Positions 14,080 through 22,341 of a stretch of DNA of 32,362 nucleotides are shown in pieces (position 1 is the stretch's first letter; every line of letters begins with the position of its first letter). Source of the stretch: a virus; the IMG/VR virus record IMGVR_UViG_3300035670_000851; one strand, written 5' to 3'. Both the position numbers and the translations under genes were made by a program. Under the pieces are notes generated by a model, which had not been told where the DNA came from, searched no databases, and saw only the letters and a program-made list of their open reading frames with translations.

Positions 14080-15282
14080 ATGGACAATTTAGAAGCAAAG
14101 GCTCAGGAGTTGCTAGATGCAAACAAAGCCAAAACATTAGATGAAGCAAAGACTATCATCGCAAACGCTATCAGCGAAGCAACAAAAGCAGCTGATTTAA
14201 AGCTAGAAGAATTACAAAAATCTACAACTGTTAAATTTGATGAAATGGACAAAGCATTGCTAGAAGCCAAATCAGAAAACAACAGAATGAAAATGGATGC
14301 TAAAGATAAAGCACCAGTTTCTTTCAATCAGGCTTTTGCTACTGCAATGGATGAGAACTCTGATAACTTGGAGAAATTCAAGAGAAAAGAAATCAAGCAA
14401 TTTGCAATGGAGTTAAAGACAGTTGGCGATATGTCATTGTCTAACATCACAGATTTAGCTGCTGCAAACGTACAGATGCTACCGGGTATCATCCCAGCTG
14501 CACCGCGTAAGTTGCACATCAGATCATTACTTCCAACTGGAGTTATGACTACTTCTGCAATTCACTACTTGCAAGAAACAGGTTCTGAGGGATCAGTTGC
14601 TGCATGGGCAGATAATTCAGGAACTAAATCTCAAATTGATTACGATTTGACAGAAGAGGTTGCACCATCTGAGTTCATCGCAGGTTACCTTCGTATTACT
14701 CGTAAGGCGCTTGATGATATCTCTGCTATGCGTTCATACCTTCAGTCACGTTTGCTTGAGCAGTACCTTGATGCAGAAGATAATCAGTTACTTAATGGTA
14801 ACGGAACTTCTCCAAACTTAGGTGGTTTAATTACTAACGCTGAGGCTTACTCAGGTTTCCGTACTATTCAGGTTGAGAAATTGGTTGATTCAATTGCACA
14901 AATTGATGGAAACAATCACTCTGCCAATGGTATTCTTTTAAGTCCTGAGCAGTATTATGCTTTGTTACTTAACAGATCAACTACCAATGAGTACACTTTG
15001 CCAGGACTAGGAACTGTAACCTCTGTAAATGGTCAAATGTTCATCTCAGGTGTTCCGGTATTCAAATCTACTGCAATGAGTGATTCTAAATACCTTGTTG
15101 GAGATTGGGCAAAAGGTGCGCAGCTTTATGTTCGTGAGAATCCAATTGTAAGATTCTTCGAAGAAGATGGTACTAACGTTCGTGAGAACAAGATTACAGT
15201 TCGTGTTGAAGGTCGTGTTGCACTTCCTATCTACTATACTGATGCATTTGTGACTGGTTCACTTAATGCTAATCCAAGCTAA
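14080..15282 (+). CDS. Major capsid protein, HK97 fold, with an N-terminal coiled-coil delta domain
   Basis: A 400-aa protein after the protease. The first 100 aa or so are charged and helical (delta-like). The remainder has HK97-family composition. It is followed by a strong terminator. Confidence 0.85.
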   Translation: MDNLEAKAQELLDANKAKTLDEAKTIIANAISEATKAADLKLEELQKSTTVKFDEMDKALLEAKSENNRMKMDAKDKAPVSFNQAFATAMDENSDNLEKFKRKEIKQFAMELKTVGDMSLSNITDLAAANVQMLPGIIPAAPRKLHIRSLLPTGVMTTSAIHYLQETGSEGSVAAWADNSGTKSQIDYDLTEEVAPSEFIAGYLRITRKALDDISAMRSYLQSRLLEQYLDAEDNQLLNGNGTSPNLGGLITNAEAYSGFRTIQVEKLVDSIAQIDGNNHSANGILLSPEQYYALLLNRSTTNEYTLPGLGTVTSVNGQMFISGVPVFKSTAMSDSKYLVGDWAKGAQLYVRENPIVRFFEEDGTNVRENKITVRVEGRVALPIYYTDAFVTGSLNANPS

Positions 15283-15306
15283 CTTTTTTAGTGTTTATGG
15301 GGAAAG

Positions 15307-15335
15307 CCTGTCGAGAAATCGGCAGGTTTTTTTTT
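15307..15335 (+). terminator. Intrinsic terminator after the capsid gene
   Basis: CCTGTCG (15307-15313) pairs with CGGCAGG (15320-15326), with one G-U pair and a 6-nt loop. It is followed by T9 (15327-15335). Confidence 0.8.
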
Positions 15336-15349
15336 GTTATTAAAATAAG

Positions 15350-15357
15350 TACATTTG
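15350..15357 (+). promoter_or_regulatory. Candidate -7 box (TACATTTG) at the entry to the glycosylation cassette
   Basis: Exact TAnnTTTG match 15 nt after the terminator T-run. It overlaps the TTG at 15355 and lies only about 4 nt before ATG 15361, so either the 58-aa ORF is leaderless or not expressed from it, or the box is fortuitous. Confidence 0.25.
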
Positions 15358-15360
15358 CTT

Positions 15361-15537
15361 ATGTTTAAAGCCAACTTTATAGGTGAAGCAGGATTATACA
15401 AAAATCAAGAGTATAAAATCTGTATTGGCGTTATAAATGGTTGGATTCATGTCCGCAGAAAGTGCGGTGCAGGTCGCGTTAATTACCCATCAATATTAGA
15501 GTTCCTAAGAGATTGGGATAACATCCGTAAAGTATGA
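15361..15537 (+). CDS. Hypothetical small protein (58 aa from ATG; track version starts at TTG 15355)
   Basis: ORF track. ATGA overlap with the following glycosyltransferase gene. No motif recognised. Confidence 0.35.
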   Translation: MFKANFIGEAGLYKNQEYKICIGVINGWIHVRRKCGAGRVNYPSILEFLRDWDNIRKV

Positions 15538-16445
15538 GAATTTTCCATTTAGGATTATGCGTTGGTCCTCCTCCCTTTGATTCAATGCGTAAAGCCTTTT
15601 TAGCTAACTGTACTGATTACATAGAATTAAGCACAGGGGAAAAAGATGTAAATAGCAAAGCTATTGCAATGGCTAAAGCATTCAAGCCTGATATTATATT
15701 CATGCAGATTCAAGCAGCAAACATTATCCACATACAAACTGTTAAGGCTATGCGAGAAACAGGCGCGTGGATTTGTAATTGGAATGGTGATATAAGGGAT
15801 GAAACGCCAAGATGGATGATTGAGATGTCACCTTATGTAGATAGAACTTTGTTTTCCAATATGCGCGATGTCGGCAATGTCATAAATGGCGGATATTTAG
15901 AGATTGGTTACGATCCTGAGATTTATACACCTACTGGCGATAAAGGTAGTTGCAGAGAGATTTCTTTTTTCGGGAATAATTACGGAGCTGACAAATTTCC
16001 GTTAAGTAGATTGCGAATAGAAATGAATACAATGCTTTATAAAAACTTCGGAAATAGGTATGGCGTTTATGGGAACAACTGGTTTAATGCATCCGGGAAC
16101 TATAACCATTCACAAGCCGAGGAATCAAAAGCATACAGAGCAACCAAAATAGCTATTAACCTAAGCCATTACGATGTAGATTTATATACTTCAGATCGGA
16201 TTTATAGAATATTGGGATCTGGGGCGTTTTGCTTATGCAAGGCTTATCCAAATATGCCATTTATTGATGGCGTTCATGTGCGAACCTGGAATACTATTTA
16301 TGATTTAATGTTATTACTAAGGTATTACATTGATGATCACCAAGAAGAAAGGGATCTAATTGCAAAGCAAGGCAATGAGTTTGTTAAAAAGAATTATACG
16401 TTTGATAAAATGATAAAGAATTTAATTCATATTTATGAAAATTAA
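15534..16445 (+). CDS. CgeB-like glycosyltransferase (GT-B, Glyco_trans_1_2-type C-terminal half)
   Basis: KPDIIFMQ..., ISFFGNNYG...R, YGVYGNNW, YRATKIAINLSH, TSDRIYRILGSGAFCL and the C-terminal ERDLIAKQGNEFVKKNYTFDKM follow the CgeB/DUF3880 plus Glyco_trans_1_2 pattern. Recognised by eye only. Confidence 0.6.
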   Translation: MRIFHLGLCVGPPPFDSMRKAFLANCTDYIELSTGEKDVNSKAIAMAKAFKPDIIFMQIQAANIIHIQTVKAMRETGAWICNWNGDIRDETPRWMIEMSPYVDRTLFSNMRDVGNVINGGYLEIGYDPEIYTPTGDKGSCREISFFGNNYGADKFPLSRLRIEMNTMLYKNFGNRYGVYGNNWFNASGNYNHSQAEESKAYRATKIAINLSHYDVDLYTSDRIYRILGSGAFCLCKAYPNMPFIDGVHVRTWNTIYDLMLLLRYYIDDHQEERDLIAKQGNEFVKKNYTFDKMIKNLIHIYEN

Positions 16446-17181
16446 AGTATTAGGTTTTATGACAATTCATTATGCCGGTGATTACTTGCGTGAGGCGTTA
16501 TTGTCAGTTGTAGATCATGTAGATAAAATGGTGATTGCTTATAGCATGATGCCTAGCCAAGGTCATGGGAGCAAATTGCAATGTCCAGATTCCGAGGGTT
16601 ATATTTTTGACATTTGTAAGGATGTATTAGGTGATAAATTAATTTGGGACCGGGCCGATAGATATGGTGCAGAAACTGAGCATCGAGCAGTCAAGTATAA
16701 ATACTCTGATGGCTATGATTTGGTTTTGACAGTAGATTCAGATGAGGTTTATAAATCGGATGAGCTGGAAGAATCTTTTAAATATGCTTATTGGGGCGTA
16801 GATAGGTTTTATGGCATTGATGGGTTTATAAACTTTTGGAGATCATTTGACTTTGCTTGTTATGATGGATTTAGACCAATCAGATTAGAGAACTTGCACA
16901 GATCAGCGCAAACTCAGGACTTGACTTTAAAACAAACTATCTACCATTTCAGCACTTGTCAGCCAGAGCCTATAATGAGATACAAGTATAACGTATTTGG
17001 TCATGCGCATGAGGTCCGCAAAGATTGGTTAAATCATTGTTTCTACAAATGGAAACCAGATAATCAATTTGGGGATGTGCATTGTGTAGCATTAAACCTT
17101 TGGAATCCTACGCCATTTGATAAATCAGTTTTGCCTAGCTATTTAAAAAGCCATCATAATTATAACAAAGAATTAGTATGA
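16435..17181 (+). CDS. GT-A fold (family 2-like) glycosyltransferase
   Basis: An N-terminal Rossmann-like start (KVLGFMTIHYAGDYLREALLSV), then EHRAVKY and the acidic motif LTVDSDEVY (DxD-type). Confidence 0.55.
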   Translation: MKIKVLGFMTIHYAGDYLREALLSVVDHVDKMVIAYSMMPSQGHGSKLQCPDSEGYIFDICKDVLGDKLIWDRADRYGAETEHRAVKYKYSDGYDLVLTVDSDEVYKSDELEESFKYAYWGVDRFYGIDGFINFWRSFDFACYDGFRPIRLENLHRSAQTQDLTLKQTIYHFSTCQPEPIMRYKYNVFGHAHEVRKDWLNHCFYKWKPDNQFGDVHCVALNLWNPTPFDKSVLPSYLKSHHNYNKELV

Positions 17182-17354
17182 GCGACATTAGTAAGTGTTC
17201 TGGCGAAGGATGCGATTTAAAGAATGAGTGTTATAGATATACTGCAAAAAGCGGAACTTGGCAAAGCTGGTTCTGTGAAGTACCTATAAAAGATGGCAAG
17301 TGTGATATGTTTTGGGATAACAAATTAAAAGATATTAAAGATCAAAAAAAATGA
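17178..17354 (+). CDS. Cys-rich 58-aa protein inside the cassette
   Basis: Not in the track. Hand translation: MSDISKCSGEGCDLKNECYRYTAKSGTWQSWFCEVPIKDGKCDMFWDNKLKDIKDQKK. ATGA overlaps on both sides. Five Cys residues. Confidence 0.5.
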   Translation: MSDISKCSGEGCDLKNECYRYTAKSGTWQSWFCEVPIKDGKCDMFWDNKLKDIKDQKK

Positions 17355-17920
17355 ATTTTGCAGCTATCATAGTTGATGATCGGGAAAATGTGGCTCAAGA
17401 AGCTATGCAAAGACATAAAAAGTTTATACCGAAATCATGGGATGTATTTAATATTAAACCTCCTTATGAAAATGGTATTTACCACATAAAAAATCCTCAG
17501 ATTTATAATAGCATTTTAACTAATCCTAGTTTCTGGCGTGGTTGTAGGTTTGACAGGGTGCTAGTGTTTCAACATGATTCCGGATTACTTAAAGATGGAA
17601 TTGAGGAGTTTTTGGAATGGGATTTTATTGGGGCGTGGATTAAGAACATACCGGGTTGCATGAATGGAGGTTTAAGTATTCGCAATCCTAAAGTTATGCA
17701 CGAAATTTGTTTAAAGCATCCGTATCAAGGAATGGCAGTACATGGCAATGAGGATATTTACTTTTGTAACATGATGCGGCAGTTAGGTTATAAGTTGCCC
17801 GATAAAGAAACCTGCAATAAGTTTGCAGTTGAAACTGAGTTTGCATATGGATCAGTTGGCTATCATGCCATAGATAAGTATCATAAAAATTACAAAGATA
17901 TACTAAAGCAATATGATTGA
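17351..17920 (+). CDS. Putative glycosyltransferase (DUF5672-like)
   Basis: AAIIVDDREN, VLVFQHDSGLL, DFIGAW and NGGLSIRN resemble the conserved blocks of the DUF5672 family of putative sugar transferases. Needs a profile search. Confidence 0.4.
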   Translation: MNFAAIIVDDRENVAQEAMQRHKKFIPKSWDVFNIKPPYENGIYHIKNPQIYNSILTNPSFWRGCRFDRVLVFQHDSGLLKDGIEEFLEWDFIGAWIKNIPGCMNGGLSIRNPKVMHEICLKHPYQGMAVHGNEDIYFCNMMRQLGYKLPDKETCNKFAVETEFAYGSVGYHAIDKYHKNYKDILKQYD

Positions 17921-18464
17921 TAAAATATTAAAAGTAACCGCAGATGAGTTAAATGAGATTAACCTGTCTAAATATCTAAAAAGTACGGATGATCAGGGAT
18001 TCCCAAAGAGTTGGTTTTATATGGATGCTGGATTAGAGCATTACAGATTACTGGCTTATATCAGCAAACTTTACAATGGCGTGACTTTGTTAGACATCGG
18101 AAGCTATCAGGGCAGTTCTGCAATTGCATTATCCTTTAACAAAAAAAACAAGGTTATCAGTTACGATATTGAGCAGCAACCAGAGATAGCTGAGATTAAT
18201 ATTCCTAACATTAAATTTATCAAAGGCAATGTTTTAAAGGATGAGATTACTGCTCCGTTTATTTTGCTAGATACTTATCATGATGGGACATTTGAGCAGG
18301 ACTTTGTTGATCATTTGCTAAAGATTAATTACAAAGGTTTGGTCATGTTTGATGATATCCATTTAAACGAGGAAATGAGTAATTTCTGGAATGGATTAAA
18401 AAATGAGAAATATGATTTGACTGAAATAGGTCATCATTCAGGAACAGGTATAGCAATATTCTAA
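17913..18464 (+). CDS. Class I SAM-dependent methyltransferase (O-methyltransferase/CmcI-like)
   Basis: Motif I VTLLDIGSYQGSSAIAL, an acidic residue after beta2 (ISYDIE), and a later VMFDDIH block. Confidence 0.6.
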   Translation: MIDKILKVTADELNEINLSKYLKSTDDQGFPKSWFYMDAGLEHYRLLAYISKLYNGVTLLDIGSYQGSSAIALSFNKKNKVISYDIEQQPEIAEINIPNIKFIKGNVLKDEITAPFILLDTYHDGTFEQDFVDHLLKINYKGLVMFDDIHLNEEMSNFWNGLKNEKYDLTEIGHHSGTGIAIF

Positions 18465-18465
18465 A

Positions 18466-18573
18466 ATGAAAATATTTAAATTTTTATTTCACATGATATT
18501 AGGAGGCTTTGTGTTATTAGGATTCAGCTTCTTTTTACTCGCAGTAATTGGTTTAATTAAATATATATGGTAA
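18466..18573 (+). CDS. Possible 35-aa transmembrane mini-protein
   Basis: Hand translation: MKIFKFLFHMILGGFVLLGFSFFLLAVIGLIKYIW. It starts 2 nt after the methyltransferase stop and overlaps the next start (ATGGTAA). Confidence 0.3.
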   Translation: MKIFKFLFHMILGGFVLLGFSFFLLAVIGLIKYIW

Positions 18574-19172
18574 ATCTTTTTACTTCAATTTACACCGACA
18601 AAAGCCTTGTAAGGCAAAAGGAATTAATTTATTGCATAAATAAGAATTTAGCCAATGCACATATAGATAAGATTTATCTATTTGTAGAGGGTGAGGTGGA
18701 GTTGCCAAATTCTGACAAATTAGTAATCATACCTTTTAAAAGACCTACCTATCGGGACTTTTTTAGTCTGATTGATAGAACAGTTACCAGCAGGGATGAC
18801 ATATCAATTGTAGCAAATACAGATATTTATTTCAACCATACTTTAAATGGTTTAAACTTGCATGAACGCCAATGTATTGCTTTAAGCAGATGGGATGATA
18901 AGGTCACCGGACTTAAATTGCATAATGAAAGATTTAGTCAGGATGTCTGGATATTTAAAGGAAAAATGCGCAATGTAAATTTCTGCGATTTCTTTTTAGG
19001 AATACCGGGTTGCGATAATCGCATAGCTTATGAGTTAAATAGTGCAGGTTATGTGTTATCTAATCCAGCTACAAAAATTCAAGCTATCCATTACCATCGA
19101 AGCGACTTGCATAATTACGATGGCCAAACAATGAAAATACAAAAGCCTTATCTGTTTATCCCAGTAACATGA
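18567..19172 (+). CDS. Hypothetical protein, possibly a further sugar transferase
   Basis: ORF track, embedded in the cassette. ISIVANTDIYF (DxD-like), SQDVWIF and GIPGCDNRIAYEL blocks. Function not established. Confidence 0.3.
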   Translation: MVNLFTSIYTDKSLVRQKELIYCINKNLANAHIDKIYLFVEGEVELPNSDKLVIIPFKRPTYRDFFSLIDRTVTSRDDISIVANTDIYFNHTLNGLNLHERQCIALSRWDDKVTGLKLHNERFSQDVWIFKGKMRNVNFCDFFLGIPGCDNRIAYELNSAGYVLSNPATKIQAIHYHRSDLHNYDGQTMKIQKPYLFIPVT

Positions 19173-20113
19173 AAATTTTATTAACTCCAGGCATTTACTT
19201 GCCGCACCAAAGAGCAGGATCTGAAATCTATTTACATAGAGTTGTAAAGTATTTAATGAGCAAAGGTCATCAAGTTAAGGCAGTCACCAGATGCCCGGAA
19301 GATTATACTTATGAGGGTATTGAGGTTTACAAGGCTAAAGATAATTACAAAGAATGCCATAATTTTTTATGGGATTGGGCGGATTTGGTTTTCTGCCAAC
19401 TGTCTGGGACTTATTATGCAATGAATAAGCAGAGGCTAAAAGCTAAAAAGGTTATTAATTTTGCTCATAATAACGTAGGTTATCCGCAAGTCAATATAAG
19501 ATCAAATGTTTATACAGTCTACAATTGCGAAAACACAAAGCGAGAATTAAACTACAATCAAAAAACCTATACCCTTTACGCGCCGATTGATTACCGGGAC
19601 TTCTCGACTGATCGACCAAATGCTGAGTATGTTACTCTGATAAATCATAACGAAAACAAGGGCGGTCAGATTTTAATAGACATTGCAAAGCGGATGCCGA
19701 ATGTTAAATTTATGGCGGTCCAAGGTGGGTACTATCACCAAATCAAAGATGAAAAAGTTAAAAACATAAAATACGTTCCATTGGTAGATGATGTGCGCAA
19801 ATATTTGGCGATGACTAAAGTTCTAATTGCACCAAGCGAATATGAAAGCTACGGAATGGCTCAAATAGAAGCTCTGTGTTGCAATATTCCTGTTATATGC
19901 TCTGATATACCCGGCTTTAGAGATAGTGTCTCTGATGCAGGGATATTTGTTGACAGGAACAATATAGAGGCATGGGTAGATGCTATTACTAATATTGATA
20001 CCATACAGACTAAGAAAACTCCTTTAGAAAGGGCGAAGGAATTAGATCCTACTAAGGAATTGCCTAAGTTTGAAAATTGGTTAAATAAAATATGTAATTT
20101 AGCGCTATTATAA
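19169..20113 (+). CDS. Glycosyltransferase family 1 (GT-B, GT4-like)
   Basis: C-terminal domain signature APSEYESYGMAQIEALCCNIPVICSDIPGFRDSV (E-x7-E motif). N-terminal MKILL..G....AGSE as in GT4 enzymes. Confidence 0.8.
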   Translation: MKILLTPGIYLPHQRAGSEIYLHRVVKYLMSKGHQVKAVTRCPEDYTYEGIEVYKAKDNYKECHNFLWDWADLVFCQLSGTYYAMNKQRLKAKKVINFAHNNVGYPQVNIRSNVYTVYNCENTKRELNYNQKTYTLYAPIDYRDFSTDRPNAEYVTLINHNENKGGQILIDIAKRMPNVKFMAVQGGYYHQIKDEKVKNIKYVPLVDDVRKYLAMTKVLIAPSEYESYGMAQIEALCCNIPVICSDIPGFRDSVSDAGIFVDRNNIEAWVDAITNIDTIQTKKTPLERAKELDPTKELPKFENWLNKICNLALL

Positions 20114-20158
20114 TGGAAAAAAAAGAGTATCTAAAACAACCTTTTAAATCTAAACAGA

Positions 20159-20659
20159 ATGGACCAGTTAAATGTAGTGAGCCTAGCGGACGCAAAAATG
20201 TTTCTCAGACTAGACCTAGACTATACAATCGAAGATGGCTTAATTACATCATTGATAAAATCTGCGGTTAATCAAGCCGAGCAGTTTACCCTTCAGGTAT
20301 TATGGCAAAGGCAATTAAGCGTTATTACGCCGGTATCTGGTTCTGTAAAACTATATGAATATCCTTTGATTGCGGTTGAGACTGTTTTTGATCCTGACTT
20401 CAATCCTTTAACATTCGAAACAATCGAAACGCCGGGCTATACTGAGGTAATATCTGGAGCGCCTGGGTTTAATACTGTTACTTTTGTAGCTGGTTATGGT
20501 TGGAATTATGAGGGCGGATCTGATTGCCCTGACGATATTGAAACTGCCATCAAAGAAATGATATCCTACTATTATGAGAACAGAGACAATCCTGTGCAAG
20601 GTATGCCTACGATTGCAACTTTATTACTATCTCCTTACAGGCGTATAACTTTATTTTGA
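20159..20659 (+). CDS. Head-tail connector/adaptor (gp6-like)
   Basis: The N-terminal LADAKMFLRLDLDYTIEDGLITSLIKSAVNQAEQFT is the typical gp6-like head-tail connector helix pair. It is first in the neck gene set. Confidence 0.65.
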   Translation: MDQLNVVSLADAKMFLRLDLDYTIEDGLITSLIKSAVNQAEQFTLQVLWQRQLSVITPVSGSVKLYEYPLIAVETVFDPDFNPLTFETIETPGYTEVISGAPGFNTVTFVAGYGWNYEGGSDCPDDIETAIKEMISYYYENRDNPVQGMPTIATLLLSPYRRITLF

Positions 20660-20660
20660 C

Positions 20661-20999
20661 ATGAATCCAGGCAAATTAGATAAGCGCATTACATTTGGCA
20701 CATTCGATTCAGTAGAAAATGCCTATCAGGATTATGATATTACCTTTGTGCCTGTATTGGCTACATGGGCCAATATCAAACCATACGATGGTAATAGGCA
20801 GTTACAAGCGCAAGAGCAAGTAATAAATCAGGTCTTTAGATTTATAATTCGTATCAGAAAAGACTTTGCACCTACAAAAGATATGCGAATCCTGTATGAA
20901 TTGAATTTTTTTACCATTCATTCAATCAGAAATGTAGATGATACATTCAGATTTTATGAAATATTGGCATCTGTTACAGATGATAATAATGGCTTCTAA
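20661..20999 (+). CDS. Head closure / head-tail joining protein
   Basis: 112 aa. The N-terminal GKLDKRITF and the position after the adaptor fit SPP1 gp16/HK97 gp9-type proteins. Confidence 0.5.
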   Translation: MNPGKLDKRITFGTFDSVENAYQDYDITFVPVLATWANIKPYDGNRQLQAQEQVINQVFRFIIRIRKDFAPTKDMRILYELNFFTIHSIRNVDDTFRFYEILASVTDDNNGF

Positions 21000-21429
21000 A
21001 ATAAACATTTCAAGACTTTTATCTCAGATATCATCCTTTGGCAAAGATGCTAATAGGTTAGCGGTTGGGGTTACCAATGATACTACCGAGGGAATGGTTA
21101 CTAATGCTAAGTTAAGAGTAGTTGTTGATCTAGGTCAATTAAGGCAGTCAATCGGCAAAACAACTGCGACGTTGAACAATAATAGATCACTCTTTTTTGC
21201 TAATGCACCTTATGCAGCTTACGTTGAATTTGGTACTGGCAGCGGTGTAGATATTCCGAGAGGTTTTTCAGATTTGGCTGCACCTTTTAAGGGCCGAGGA
21301 ATTAGGAGGCGAGATTATGGCGCTAAACCTTTTTTTATTCCTAGCTACTTAGAAGGGATCCAGCAATATCCAAAACAATTAAGAAAAGTTTTGGAATCTG
21401 AAAGTAGAAAATATAATGCAAAAAAATAA
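20989..21429 (+). CDS. HK97 gp10-like neck/tail-attachment protein
   Basis: The YAAYVEFGTG motif is typical of the gp10 family. I prefer the ATG at 20989 (MASKINIS...) over the track start at 20938, which would overlap the upstream gene by 62 nt. Confidence 0.6.
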   Translation: MASKINISRLLSQISSFGKDANRLAVGVTNDTTEGMVTNAKLRVVVDLGQLRQSIGKTTATLNNNRSLFFANAPYAAYVEFGTGSGVDIPRGFSDLAAPFKGRGIRRRDYGAKPFFIPSYLEGIQQYPKQLRKVLESESRKYNAKK

Positions 21430-21442
21430 TTACATTTGACAA

Positions 21443-21865
21443 ATGAAGGATGCAAATTTATCTATACTGAATGCATACAAAAGTACACTTGCCAATTTAA
21501 TAGTCGGTGGTGTTACTGTTCCAGTATATAGTAAGTCAGCGCCTTTAAAGAATGTTCCGGCTAAATATGTAATATTATCTAGTCAAACAAGATTGCAAGA
21601 GCAAACAAAGTGCGGATATTGGTATCTTTGTACTATTAACGTGCAGATAGTAACTAAATATCCTAATGGGAATGGTGATTTAAGTTTTGCTATGGTTATT
21701 TCTGAGGAAATACAAAGCAGAATACAAGATACTAATTTAACTTTGTCTAACTTTATAAATGTTGAAACCTTGCAACTATTAACAAATGAGGTAATTTTAG
21801 AAACAGATACAGAAAACATATTTCAATACATTTTAACTTTTCAACACAAATTAAATAAAACTTAA
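21443..21865 (+). CDS. Tail completion/terminator protein (positional call)
   Basis: A 140-aa ORF between the gp10-like and major tail genes. Confidence 0.35.
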   Translation: MKDANLSILNAYKSTLANLIVGGVTVPVYSKSAPLKNVPAKYVILSSQTRLQEQTKCGYWYLCTINVQIVTKYPNGNGDLSFAMVISEEIQSRIQDTNLTLSNFINVETLQLLTNEVILETDTENIFQYILTFQHKLNKT

Positions 21866-21867
21866 TT

Positions 21868-22338
21868 ATGGCAGCAGAAACATTTTATTCAGGAAGTTTA
21901 TTTATGCTTTACATTCGCACAGGTGGCGCTTGGAAACCAGTAGCATGTTTGACTTCAAACGGAATCAGCGAATCATGGGATTTCGCTGAGACAGTAACTA
22001 AATGCGATCCGGGAGTGACCAGGCGCAAACCGACAACTTATTCGTATGAGATTCCTTTCGAAGGAGTTTTTACAGATACAGTTGGCGCAGGTGGTGATAC
22101 CGCTAAAGCATCATGGGATACGATTAAAAATATTGCTAGATCAAAGACTTTGACTGAGTATCAAATAGCTTTGTTATTAGCTAATGGTGCTGAAGATCCT
22201 AATTTTGCTGCTCAGTATGGTACTGCTTACTTTAGCGCTTTAGATATTACAGGTGCTGAAGGCGAGTTCATTACTTTCTCTGGTACTTTGTTAGGCGATG
22301 GTGACATTACTGAAACTGATCCTTATCCTGGATATTAA
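21868..22338 (+). CDS. Major tail (tube) protein
   Basis: A 156-aa protein immediately upstream of the chaperone frameshift pair and the tape measure gene, the conserved siphovirus order. Confidence 0.65.
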   Translation: MAAETFYSGSLFMLYIRTGGAWKPVACLTSNGISESWDFAETVTKCDPGVTRRKPTTYSYEIPFEGVFTDTVGAGGDTAKASWDTIKNIARSKTLTEYQIALLLANGAEDPNFAAQYGTAYFSALDITGAEGEFITFSGTLLGDGDITETDPYPGY

Positions 22339-22341
22339 TTT

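Noticed and set aside
14103-14519. Minus-strand ORFs 14103-14327 and 14328-14519.
   Set aside because: They are antisense to the delta domain of the major capsid gene. Such ORFs are typical artefacts opposite Lys/Glu/Ala-rich coding sequence.
15724-15732. A perfect DnaA-box consensus TTATCCACA inside the CgeB-like glycosyltransferase gene.
   Set aside because: It is a single isolated 9-mer within coding sequence. No cluster is present and it is not near the AT-rich iteron region. One chance occurrence is plausible in an AT-rich genome of about 32 kb scanned on both strands.
18141-18148. An A8 homopolymer inside the methyltransferase gene, with similar A8-A9 runs at 17343, 20116 and 21420, considered as possible phase-variation slippage tracts.
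   Set aside because: Such runs are frequent throughout this AT-rich, Lys-rich genome, and most lie at gene junctions. Only the A9 at 22670-22678 has the frame geometry and downstream open frame that support a functional slip site.
20938-20988. The upstream start of the gp10-like ORF as given in the track (163 aa).
   Set aside because: It would overlap the head-closure gene by 62 nt. The ATG at 20989 (MASKINIS...) gives an 11-nt overlap typical of this genome.
20408-21819. Minus-strand ORFs 20408-20599 and 21583-21819.
   Set aside because: They are antisense to the adaptor and tail-completion genes.
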